Assembly: GCF_036321535.1 (NCBI RefSeq)
Contig: NC_087436.1
Span: 32,490,001 to 32,554,000 of the forward strand
Length of the DNA: 64,000 nucleotides
Direction: 5' to 3'
From: Camelus dromedarius
Lineage: Eukaryota
Shown: in pieces, positions 1 through 11,927 of the stretch
How the letters are laid out: each line of letters begins with the position of its first letter
How positions within the stretch are numbered: the stretch's first letter is position 1
The notes under the pieces: model-generated
Told to the model about the DNA's origin: nothing
The model's database searches: none
The model's input: only the letters and a program-made list of their open reading frames with translations
Made by a program: the position numbers and the translations under genes

Positions 1-151
1 ACCCAAAGCAAAATACATCTAATAAAATACAAAGATGTTAGATATGTCATCTTCCTCCTCCTCTTTTTTCACTCTTAAATATATAAAATGGGAGCTTAGT
101 TACCAGTATTAATTCTTCCTATAAGTCAAAACATCCACAGTAACAGTTTAC

Positions 152-209
152 CTGGCTCTTAGCTGCATTTCCAATGGCTCGCGTTCTCGATCCCAAAGAT
201 ATACAGGCC
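152..209 (-). CDS. HSPA4L: HSPA4L coding exon 2 (58 bp); the gene continues beyond the window start
   Basis: tttttag|G GCC TGT ATA...AAG AGC CAG|gtaa encodes (P)ACISLGSRTRAIGNAAKSQ. It is in frame with the phase-2 end of exon 1. Confidence 0.96.
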
Positions 210-504
210 CTAAAAAGGAAAAAACAAGTTTGTTCCCAAGGTATTTTTATATTAATGTGTTATTATTCTGCTTCTCTTAATACAAAAATGAATTTGAAGG
301 ATTAATAGAGTATTATTTTAAAAAATAGGTTACTGAAATCAGAGTTTTACATAATTTTCAAGCTCTTCTAAGTAATGGAATAATGATCAGAATACATGTT
401 AGAATTTTAAAAAATGTGCTAATAGTTAGCAACACTACGTTGGTCCCAAATTTGTTTTCCAAATTCTACTGGTCTATGACTTTCTAAAACAGTTATCTGT
501 ATTC

Positions 505-690
505 AGTAAGGCCAGACTGCCTGGATCTAAATCCTGGCTCTCACGTAACAGCTAAGTAACCTTATGGAAATTACCTATCTGTTATTTGCCTCAGTTTCCC
601 ATCTGGAAGAGAGCAATGATAATAATACCTACTCATAGGGCCATGTGAGGATTAAATGAGTAAATATAGGTAAATGCTTTGAACAGTATG
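505..690 (+). mobile_element. MIR SINE fragment
   Basis: MIR core motifs gcctcagtttccccatctg...aataatacctactcatagg...gtgaggattaaatgag. Confidence 0.8.
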
Positions 691-1094
691 ACTGCTGTTT
701 TAATTACTGTATTTAAATCTTATTCTGCTTATAAAAGCAAGCAAAGAGTAACACTTTTATCAAAATACCATTTTATGCTGATTCAAGAAAATGTTTGTCC
801 ATGGCTTCAATCATAATTACAGGTAATAATTCATTTAATCACCAAATATCTACAGGCATTATATATACCAGTTACAATCACTGTCCTTGAAGAATTTAGT
901 CTATTAAAAAAAATCAACATACAAAATAAAATTATGAACGATGCTAGCAGAAAACGAATAATCACTTCTAGACAGTAAGATTTAGAAAAATCAAGTAGAA
1001 TTAGATGTAATTTCTGAATTAAGACTTTAAAGAAGAGAATGCATCTTAATATGTATCTGTTTTGTGGAAAAGGACATTCCTGGCATATTCTCAA

Positions 1095-1555
1095 TATGAC
1101 AGCCCAAGTGATTCTCTTAAAGACTAAGATCCTGAAACTCTTCTGCTAAAAACCCGCCAATGGTGTCTGTCCTGTCTTACAAAATAAAAGCTTAAGTCTT
1201 CCCAACAGTCAATACAGCCCTTCATGGTTTGTTTCTTAGCTGCTCTAACCTACAACTTCAATCTAGGCACACAGGTCTCTGTCATGTCTAGAACAGGGCA
1301 AGCACACTTCTACCTCAGGGCCTTTGTACACGCTGTTCTCTCTTTCTGGAACATGTGGGTTGAGCTCTCTCGTGTTTCTGGCTCAAATGTCAGCTTATCA
1401 GACACCTTTTCTGACTGTTTTATATAAATAACATTCTTGCTCCTCCCCAACACATACATTTGTTTACGCAATTGTATTTTTCTCCATAATGTATCACCAT
1501 CTTATACAATTTATTGTTTTACTGATTATATCTCCACACTAGAGTGTGAACTCCA
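1095..1555 (+). mobile_element. L2 LINE 3' fragment (approximate bounds)
   Basis: L2-like motifs cctcagggcctttgtacacgctgttc...ctcaaatgtca...ccacactagagtgtgaactccatg. Confidence 0.6.
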
Positions 1556-2544
1556 TGTGGCTAATAAAATTTAAACTGACTAAAATTAAAAATTCAGTTC
1601 CTCAGCATTAGTTACATTTCAAGGGCTCAACAACCAACTCTCAAGTACTTTAACAGCTACATATGGCTAGTGGATATACAGAAAACAGAAAATACATAAA
1701 ACATATATAGTAGAATAGAAAGTTCTACTGGATAGCACTGGTCTAGATCATTATCTGGTACACAGCCAAAGAATGAATTACTGAATGAATGGGAAGATGG
1801 CTCCTAAGGGTACACTAATTTGGAAACAAGGAAGAACACAACTTGGCTAGTTTTATAGGACATTTTTGTAGATAGTATTAGGGCCAGATTACACAAAAAT
1901 GACGTATTATAAATTTGAAATATATTTAAGTAGGTTATGAGAGTCCATTAAAGGTTTTTGAACAATGGAAAGAACACTTCATGCTTATACATAATACAGA
2001 CTGAAAAGGAAAGATCCCAGAACAGTGCTTTTCAAGGGCTTGACAAGACACTTACACTGGGGACACTGGATTTTTCAGGGAAGGCAGGCAGGTAAGTCCA
2101 TTTAGTCGATTTAACAGATGACTGCTGAGTAACTACTAGATGTCTGGCACTCTGTTGGGTACTAGAATTATTAATAGCAAGGGAAAAATACATAGTTTTG
2201 GCTCTCCTGGAACTTACACTGCTGAAGACTCACAAAAGAAGGTAAACAATGTGGTACAACAAAGGGTACACATGGTGCAATGAAAGAAGGTAACAGCAGG
2301 AACTGACCCAAAAGAGGGGGATCAGGAATGGCTTACCTGAGAAAGTGATGACACTTGAAGGAAGAGTAAATGATAGATTCAAGAGGGGAGTGTCTGTGGA
2401 GATCATTTTAACTAGAGTAATGGGAGGAGAGCTAGAAATTATCAATAATCTCTACCAGGATAGTGGCAGCTGAGAAAGAAGGAAAAGCAATTAAGAGATA
2501 TTTAGAAGCTAAACTCAAAGAGCTTGGTGATGAACTGGATCTTC

Positions 2545-2872
2545 ACTGTGCAATACGGCAGCCACTAGACACGTGTGTTTCATGTGTATAAAGCACGTGA
2601 AATGAGGCTAGTCTGAATTAAGATGTACTTACTTTAAGTGTGAAATACACTCTGGATTTTGAAGATTTAAAATTTAAAAAGTAATGTTAAAATATCTTAT
2701 TAATTTTAAAATACTGATTACATGTTGAAATAAGTTTTTGAATATACTGCACTGAATCAAGTATATTAAAATTAATTTTGCCTGTTTTTATCTTTTTATG
2801 TAACTACTAGAACATTTAATATTATGTATGTCACTCACATACATTATACCTATTTTTATTGAATAGTACTGG
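2545..2872. mobile_element. MER33/MER3-like hAT DNA transposon relic
   Basis: Ends cactgtgcaata...gcagccactag and tattgaatagtactg, about 330 bp. Confidence 0.6.
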
Positions 2873-4632
2873 AATAGATAATAGAAAGCAGCATGAATAA
2901 TGTCTAGGTTTCTAGTTTCCATAAGAGAGTATACAGTGGTACCATGCAATGAGACAGAAACACTGCGAGAGAGACCCATTTGGGGCTAGACCAGCAAAAG
3001 TTCTATTTTGGATATGCTGAGATGAAGCTACCTTTGAGACATCCAAGCAGATACATATTTAGAATTAAAACGTCAAATGTGATGAACAGATGTAAGAGGA
3101 AATGGAAGTTACTTTTCTTTCATTGTGATCTGGTGAAAACAGGAAAATAAGGATACAGTAAGAATCAGTGGTTCAGATGATATCTTAACATCTCTTGCAA
3201 ATAACTCCTTGAATTCAACATGGTCTCTGCCAGAGTGGATATCTGCATATCTATTATGGCAATCTATGTGAGTACAATCCTAGAACTCAGAGAAAATGTT
3301 GATTTGCCATCTCTTAGCCTAGTTTATAATCCGTCTTGGTCTCGACTCCATTATTCAGATTCCTCTCTGAATACTTTTAAGTTTTCAGTATGAGGCTACC
3401 ATCACTTCAAGGCACAGAAAATTTTACTCCAAGGTTGATTCTCAAGGGTAACTTGTTAGAACATTTAAATCCAAATAAGACCAATTCAACTATCATTTAA
3501 ATCATATAAATATTGAAATATGCTTCCACCTATATCACTTCACAAAGAAAGATAAACAGTTACCATTATCAGATATTCTCTGAAATTAAAAGCAGACAAC
3601 TTTTAAAGTGTAAAAAACTTAATGTTACAGCTTGGAAATACCCAGTTTCAACACACAGAAAACTCTCCTCACGTACTGAAGGTCTTCAAAATCCTTTCTT
3701 CAGCTTTTTTTCAAAAAGATTCTAGGACACAGCCATTAAATAAATTATCTACCAAGGATTCTCAGGAAAATCAAAATAAGTTAAACACCTATCCTCTCTC
3801 AAAACTTCTACCTCACTTTCAGTAATACCAAGGGAAACAGATATATTATACCACACATTAAGTTGATATGAAAGTTTTTATAAAAAGGATATTCAACAGT
3901 TTATCCAAATATCTATCACATTATCCAATTATATTACACTTTTTAACAGATTATTTCAACTACTATTTAGAAATTGCATTTTGTACCTAAAAGGAAAAAA
4001 ATTTTTACAATGCAGCTTAAATCTATAACATCCAGTCTGATGTTGCCACCGTAGTAGTAGTCCTAGATTTTCAGAGAATGACACAAAATTCTAAACAAAC
4101 AAGCAAAACTTCTAAATGTTCTGTACCGCTTTTAGTAAAGGGCATAAAAATCAAATGACAGAATGTTACTTCAAGAAAGCTGTTATTTGTTATTTTCCCC
4201 TAAAATTTTAGATTTATTTTCTCTCTTATAAAGCCTGTTTTTATAAGGCCAAGCATGGTGAGGTTGGAGAAAATAACATACTGACAGCACTATGAGACTT
4301 CTCACCTAAGAGGTCACCACTCTAAATTTGTTTGCTTCTTTATAAATCTCCACTAAGGATTCAAAACCTCTTGATCTTCCCACTTTAAAATAGCCCTATT
4401 TAAAAAATTTCTGCTTTCCTTTGCCAGTTCCATAAGATCACAACGACTATTTATAGCCTCTTCTGCTATCATTCAGTAGATGCTAAGGAAGACAATAGCT
4501 GAATTGATATGAGAGACAGTCAAATGGTTTACATCAAGAGGTCAGCTCCAGACAGGGCCAATTTGGCTCTGAATCGAACTGTCAACTGCTGAGCAACTAC
4601 TTTCAACTATGGTTGCCAAGATGGCTATAGAG

Positions 4633-4853
4633 CAGGATTTATCAACCTTTGTACTACTGACATTTTAGGCCAAATTTTTGTTGGGAGATTTGGGCTATTC
4701 TGTACACCACAGGATTTTAGAAGCATCCCTGGACTCTACCTTCTAGATGCCAGTAGCCCTCCTCCCTTCTCCCTCCCACTGTGTGTTAACCAAAAATATC
4801 TTCGGATAGTCAGATGTGTCCTAGGGAACAAAATCTCGTGTTGAGAACCACTG
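4633..4853. mobile_element. MER20 DNA transposon relic
   Basis: tcaacctttgtactactgacatttt...agcatccctggactctacc...gatgccagtagc...gttgagaaccactg. Confidence 0.8.
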
Positions 4854-6481
4854 GCCTAGGGCATCACATCCAAAATAGTGTTCTGTACAAAATAATCCCT
4901 TAGAGGATCAAATAAATTGGGGGTAACATTCTTTTCTTAGAAATGTTTCAATGCCTATAAAGAAAATTAAGGGATCTGAGACTTTCTACAGTAAAGAAAA
5001 CATCTGGTTATTATTTCTCAAACTTAACTATCCAGAAAAAAAACTGCCCTAGAAGAGGTGGGGGAGGAATGTTCTCAAAAGGACTTATTGTTGCCATTTC
5101 CTTTCTAGCTTGCTACGTAGAAAGGTAAGACTTTCAAGCATATATGATTTAGTAATACAAACTTTCCAATCTTTCAATATGGACAATAAAAACATTTTAG
5201 CATGTAAAAATAATAATTCCTTTGAGTTTCCAAATGCTTTTAGTAATAAATCACAAATTATATAAGTTCATAACTTGAAACCATTAACAGAAATCAGACA
5301 TTAATATAGATACATTGGTTATCCTACTTAAAATTCACCAGTTCAAAGACAAATAGCAATGCACAATAATTTTGAGTATTTTGATTATGACTGCCTAGAA
5401 TAGAGGTTTGCAAATTACCCCTTGCCATCTATTCTTGTAAATAAAGTTTTATCAGAACACAGCCATGCTCATTAATTTGTATTATAATGACCACATACTA
5501 AAAAGACTACCAATGGCATGTTAAACATCTTAAACTCGTAACACTGATTATGTAATTTGTACCTATCATTCCTTGCCTGCTAGAAACTTTTCAGACTTTT
5601 TCACCCACAAATTCATGGCAATGACTGGAGAGTCACTTTATTTTGTGGATAATATTCATACTAGAAGATTTTATAGTCCTAGCTTTGGTCATGCTAAATT
5701 GTGAGACATCTGCCCTTCCACACATTTAGGCACAATTTCATTTAAAAAGGGGGGGAGGGACTTCATTGAATCTTTTGTCAACAGCAAAATACTTTGAAAT
5801 GTACACCAATAGTAGTGTACCTATCAACAGAATACTGTACAGCCATTAAAAAGAATAAAGTAAATTAGAGCCAAATGAGCAAGTGTGAGATGTCCACAAT
5901 ATATTTTGAAAAAAGCAATTGCAAAATATGTATAATGTAATTCTACTTTTGTTAAAAAAAAAAAGAAAGAAAAACATCCCAGTTATATACATATATATGT
6001 ACTCACATACATATAGAAATATACACACTGAAGTTTAGGAGATGGTTGGGAAGAGACAAGGGGAGATTTACTTTATGTAGTTCTTCAGCATTTAAAATAT
6101 TTTAAATCAAAGTTAACATAAACTTAGTAAAACATACAAACAAAACCAATTCATATAGTACAAAGAATATTTAATTAAAAACGTAAAACTCTTCTCCTGC
6201 CCCAAACTGCTATCACCTTAAGAATTCCTCCTACCCAACTAGCACTGTTAATGTCTGGGGTTTGGCATTTCCTTTGTGCAAAAATATTTATTTTCAATCC
6301 TCAATAAGTAAGTGATTTCTACTTTTGTGCACTGAAGAGGATGTCTCACATATCTGAGATGTAGTGTATAAATAATATTTTGCCATATTTTCAGATTATA
6401 AATACACTGGTAAAGAAACAGGGAAAAAGTAATGAAGACAAAAATCGGAGAACTGAATGTTATATATGATCCTACAGAATT

Positions 6482-6612
6482 CTGTTTTGCTATTTTTCCT
6501 TTGTTTTATGAGGGAGAGGTAATTAGGTTTATTTATTTATTTTTTATATTTGGAGGAGGTATTTGTGCATGTTAAGCATGCGTTCTACCACTTGAGCTAT
6601 ACCCTCCCCCCA
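6482..6612 (-). mobile_element. Vic-1-like tRNA-derived SINE, internally deleted
   Basis: Reverse complement reads GGGGAGGGTATAGCTCAAGTGGTAGAACGCATGCTTAACATGCAC...AATACCTCC. A 13-bp TSD atcctacagaatt lies at 6469-6481 and 6613-6625. Confidence 0.8.
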
Positions 6613-9600
6613 ATCCTACAGAATTTTTTTGATATAACAAATACATACACCTAACAAAAACATCTTGAAATAGTTTCATTAAAAAGACCTATTTTTCTTA
6701 TTGTAAAATAAGTTTGATCATTACATTCCTCACTAACCCAGTATGTATATACTGTCCATATGCCAGAAGATAATGTAAGGACATTAGGGTTCTGGGGTCA
6801 AAGAAACATGAAACTGAATCCATTTCATTGCTTACTAGTTCTTGGCCAAGATACTAACTTTGCTTAAGGCTTCCTACAGAAAAAGATAGCTAGTATTTCC
6901 AAACTCATAGAATTGGTGTGACATGTATGACAGTGCAAGCACAATGCATGGCACACAGAAATCACCATTATCAATTCAGGCAGCATGTTTTAGTTGACCA
7001 CATGCTTTAATCTGATACTGAATGAGGATTCCTGGCTGCAGTTTTCTTTTCCCACGTGTGAAACTAATTGCCCTGATATAATTAAGTCTGGGATGGAAAT
7101 TCCCATCCCTGTACCTATACTTCAACAATACAAACATATCTAAGGCCTTAAAAATATGCACACTCAGTAGTTCTACTTCTAGGAACTTATTTGAAGGAAT
7201 TAAGGGTCAAAACTTTAGTTACAAAGATAGTTATTGCAGCACTGCTTATAAAAAGAAAATATAAACAACCTGAGTAGCCAGTAAGGGATGAATTAAATGA
7301 CAGAAATGATTATACAAACATAAAAACTAATGGTATAGAAATGTATTTTATATAGAAAGAGGATATCAAACAAAATATAACATATAATCTACTCTTGAAA
7401 TACACACAAAGAAAACCACCTGGAAGTTTTATTTCTGGGTGGAAAAATTACAATTTTTATTTTCATCTTTTAACATGCCTGTACTTCTACAATGAACATG
7501 TACTATTTGTGTAATAATTTTAGTTAAGAATATATTCAGAAAAATAACTTTCTTCAATTTATGCATGTTAATTTTTTCTCCCTCTTCATCTTACGCCTGA
7601 GATAAGAGAGGTTAGTACAAGCATTTACAGAAAGTGAATCTGAAGAACAGGTTTAATTATTTGCCCTTAGTCCCTTAATTGCAGACCAAAACTTAAGCAA
7701 TTATCTTTGTCATTAAACTGGCTTTCTTGGTTTATACATGGGATTCTTCCATGTATACATAATCAAGTATGTTAAAGAATGAAACAAATGTGAAAGAGTT
7801 TGGATGCTGACACCAAATAAATCAAATATTTCCTCCCTTTTTTAATAGGATCTTTTTACAATGTATTTACATTTTAGAAATACCTGTGTCTTATTACCTT
7901 GATGTCAGCAACTGGGATACAGAAAAAAGTTCTGAAATACTAGTTTATATTTATTATTAAATACTGTAGCATATTAGAAAACTTACAAGGCCTATAATAG
8001 TCATAATGGCTTTTGCAAGACAGGCATCTAATGATTAAACATCCAGGGATCAGGAGGGGTTACATTTTCACACAATAATTTAAGTCCCACAGTGTAAGAA
8101 CACTGGACTATAGTGAAGTATTAGCTCAGTAACAATAAAAGAGGCAAATGACACTACACAGACACAGAAAGGAGGGCTGAGTTGCTGATGCAAGCTAGGA
8201 ATCACATCCTTCCACCTTCAGAACTTTCTACTTTGGATTTGGCTCTTTAAATCTAGATGTTAGTAGTGACTCTCTTACACACAAATCAGAAAAATCATTA
8301 AATCTCAGCCACATAGAATTTGCCAATGTGCTTAAGAATATTAACAAAGAGATTTCTAGAAGACTCAAATGAGCAGCCTAATTTTTAAAGAACTCTGCTT
8401 TTAAGTCTGGACAGGCTCTTGAAAGAGTCATCGACCCACTACTAAGATTTCTGAGCCTGGAAATGCAGTATCTGTTTTAAATTCTGGTTTCTGATCTTTT
8501 AGGATAAAGCTTCAACGATTAGGGGAATGTCCATCCTACCTCTCACTTTTTCTCCATAGGCTAAGTCCCTGAAGCCAAAGACTGGCCCCATTAACCTTTA
8601 CTCTGCTGAAAGAGGAGAGTGGAATTTCCTACTCCTTTTCTGGCAGAAGCCCATATCTGCTGTGGCTTAAAACAAAATTTTGTAGAGATGAAGTCGTAAA
8701 CAGTTCACAATTACTGCTTCACCTTCACACTGTGCATAAAAGCCAGAAAAAGATGTAAAAAGAAACAAGATTTCTAACAGTAGTATAAACAGTTCATATT
8801 TGAAATATAAACAGCCAAAATTTCAGTAGAATATAATACATACATCTAGAAAAAGGTGATATAAAACCTAGAATATTCTCTGAAAGAAACCAAAGCACAG
8901 ACTGCTTCAAATAAGCTACTCTTCAACGCTCCTTAACAGTAATATTTCATTTAAAGGCTTAGCTTAACACTGATCTTGGACAAGACTAGTCCTACATTTA
9001 AAGTATTATCTTTTGGACCATTTAGAAGGATAAAATTAACATGTTTAGTAACATTTCCATAGAAAGTAAGACACTAACAGTTGGTTTCCTCATAAAATTA
9101 CCGGTAACAGGAGCCGACAATAAGCTAGTTTTTCATATCCCTGTCTTAATTATATTCTTTGCTAACAAACTTCCCGGACTAGAGAAACAATGGAACATGT
9201 GGAAACATGTTTCCATGACATAATGCCACTCCTTCTAAGTCTTTCATCAAGTGTTCATAATAGATTCACTCCACAATCATGTTTATACAGGACAGTCTCC
9301 TCTGACTCTCCAACGATTCATTCTGTAGAAATACGCTTTTGGTAGGTTCTGGCTCCATTACTTTCCTTTAACGGATATACATGACCAATAAGTGAGGTCA
9401 AAGACTCCCTTTCCTGATGCTCGCCCTATTAATGCAACATTAACCTACACCCCTATAAATCGGTCAAACTACCTCGAATTCTCAAGGACACGGGGGTAAA
9501 ACCCTGCATACCTCAACCCCTTCTTAAAAAAAAAAAGCTTTCTGAGGCAGATTAACTTGCAACTCATCTTCTGATGTATGTAGTCTAAGCTTCCATTTCT

Positions 9601-10101
9601 TAATTCTCTAAGAGAAAGCCGTCACGCAGACAGATGGGGAAAGGAGGGATGAATAAAGAATTTTTTACTCAGCTAGCGGGGATGCCCTCTCGCGACCAAT
9701 AATCCCACACAAGCCCCACTAGGGGTAACCACCAGGGATGTTTCTCCAATTTTCAGGAATTCGAGGCGGTCCCACACCAACCCCTTTCCCTAAAACTAAA
9801 GCAGGCCCGGGGGGACAGGGCCGTGGTGGTGGGCAGGAGGACGGGGTGCGCGGGTACAGAAAGGAGAGATGCGCAAACTAAGAGTTAAGACCTCTGTCCT
9901 TGAAGGAAAAGCAGCTTTGCAGCGCGAATAAGTCCGCCTCCGACCTGGGCCCTCCAACCCCGCGGTCTCTAGAGATTGCAATTGATGGACTGCACCTGTC
10001 ATCTCCAAGAGTTCCGAGCATCACAAGAAACCAGCAGGCGGGACAAACGTTAAGGGTCGGGAGAAAACGCTTCTTAGGGTTATGACCAGACAAGGCACTT
10101 A

Positions 10102-10338
<237 letters not shown>

Positions 10339-10580
10339 TTAAATATAGGACAGCGCGACAGGGAACCTCGGAGGTGGAGGCCGCCAGCGCCGCAGCCCTG
10401 CCGCCCAGGTCTCTCTACTGCGGTTCGGCCGCCTCCAACCGGCAGTTACAGGGGTCTGCGCCTGCGCGCTCGGCCGCCGGGGAGGCGCGCGAGATGCTGC
10501 TCCGAGGCCGACGCAGCTCCCGGCCTCGACTTCGGCTGCTTCCGTCAGCACTCGGGCAACGGCTGCCCGAGTAGCTGCGG

Positions 10581-10600
10581 GTTCGAGAAAGATCTGGAAA
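10581..10600. promoter_or_regulatory. Heat shock element (HSF site)
   Basis: gTTCg aGAAa gATCt gGAAa: four alternating nGAAn pentamers with one mismatch, upstream of a heat-shock gene. Confidence 0.75.
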
Positions 10601-11502
10601 GTGGAGGCGGCTAAGCCAGCGGGAGTGGGAGGGAGAAGAGGGGGAGCGGGGAGGATCAGGGAGGAGAGAAGGAGGGGAAGCGGAGCTGGCTCGCTCGCCC
10701 CCGCGCGGCACCTGGGCGCAGTGCGGCGGGGCTAGGGGAGAGCAGCCGCCCGGCCCCGCGGTTTGCCCACGTGTTTGGAAGGAGCCCTTAGGGTTGTTTT
10801 GGCAACCGAGGGGCAGGCCTTCTACAGCGGCAGGACACTGCCCAGGCCTGCCGGAGTTGGCCGCGCAGGCTGGCGGGCGTTGGCCCGGAGCGGCCGCCTC
10901 GCTCTTGCCCTTCGAGGTGCCCGCCCGCAGCCCCAACACCCACCCACTGGCCTCGCCGCCCCGAGGGGCCCATGTGCCACCGGCCGGCGCGCTCGCAGTT
11001 CGGCCGCGCGGCCCTGCCGCCCGCCCGCCGCGCCCAGCTGTGTGAGGTGGCGCCCATTGTGCGGCGGGCGGCGGCCTCGCCTTGCCCCAGGGAGCGCCGC
11101 CGATTGGGGGGTGGGGAGAGCCCTTTTCTCGTAACAAGCCACAGTATCAGGCGTGAAAGATCAGTGAACACATTTTAGGGTTTTCCCTTTTCCTTACCGG
11201 GAGTTGAAACACCAAAACAACGTCATGAAACCACACACTGACTTTACCTTCATGTAACTTCGTTCACACCATTCTAAAAGGTGCAGCCTCCTCCACCAAC
11301 CCTTACCTCTGCAAACGTTTTATAGGAAAGTAACCTTACGTCTGTGTGTCCCTGTGACACCCGGCAAGCCTGTGCATTGCCTCCAGCCTCTACCCTTTGG
11401 TCCTCAGACAAGGAGCCTCCGCTGGTCCAGCTGTCTGCTTTCTTCATTTGATCAGCATCTGTCGTCTGTCTGAAATTTAAACGAGTTTTAGTTTACACTT
11501 AC

Positions 11503-11927
11503 GAAGTTTGGCTATCCTGTTCCTTCTCGTTCTCTTCTTCGTGGGTTTCCTGTTCCCTTTCGTTCACTTCTTCGTGGGTTTCCTGTTCCTTGTCGTTCAC
11601 TTCTTCGTAGATTTTCTGTTTCTTGTTCACTTTTTCGTGGGTTTCCTCTTCCCTGTCGTTCACTACTTTGTGAGTTTCTCGTACCCTGTTGTTCACTTCT
11701 TCGTGGGTTTTCTGTTTCTTCTCGCCCAGTTTCTTGTGCGTTTCCTGTTTCCTATTTGTTATCATGAAAGAGACTTTTTTACGAGGTTTTTTAGTACGCT
11801 CACTATCCTTATTTGTCCACTTCTTATAAGAGCTTAGACTTTTTACCACTATCAATGCTGCAACAGCAGCAGCAGCAAGGGTGGCTATAGCTCCTGCTGC
11901 TGTTGCTACGAGGTACATGAAATCCAT
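11503..11927 (-). CDS. Putative upstream coding exon of HSPA4L: signal-anchor helix, RVxF motif and acidic 11-aa repeats (a standalone 142-aa ORF ending at 11499 if unspliced)
   Basis: ATG in strong Kozak context (aagATGg) with an in-frame TAA upstream. Encodes MDFMYLVATAAGAIATLAAAAVAALIVVKSLSSYKK...RKKVSF...(ETHEEVNEREQ)n and ends at a phase-2 donor TC|gtaagt. Confidence 0.65.
11517..11744 (-). repeat. 33-bp tandem repeat, 7 diverged units (one is 30 bp), inside the ORF
   Basis: Recurring plus-strand ttcttcgtgggtttcctgttc / gttcac motifs with 33-nt period. Confidence 0.9.

Noticed and set aside
11517..11744. Regularly spaced repeats as a CRISPR-like array
   Set aside because: These are contiguous tandem units with no unique spacers, in a eukaryotic locus.
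11508..11837. Very hydrophobic plus-strand 109-aa ORF (FFVGFLF repeats)
   Set aside because: It is the antisense mirror of the purine-rich E/K/N repeat, starts at TTG, and has no independent support.
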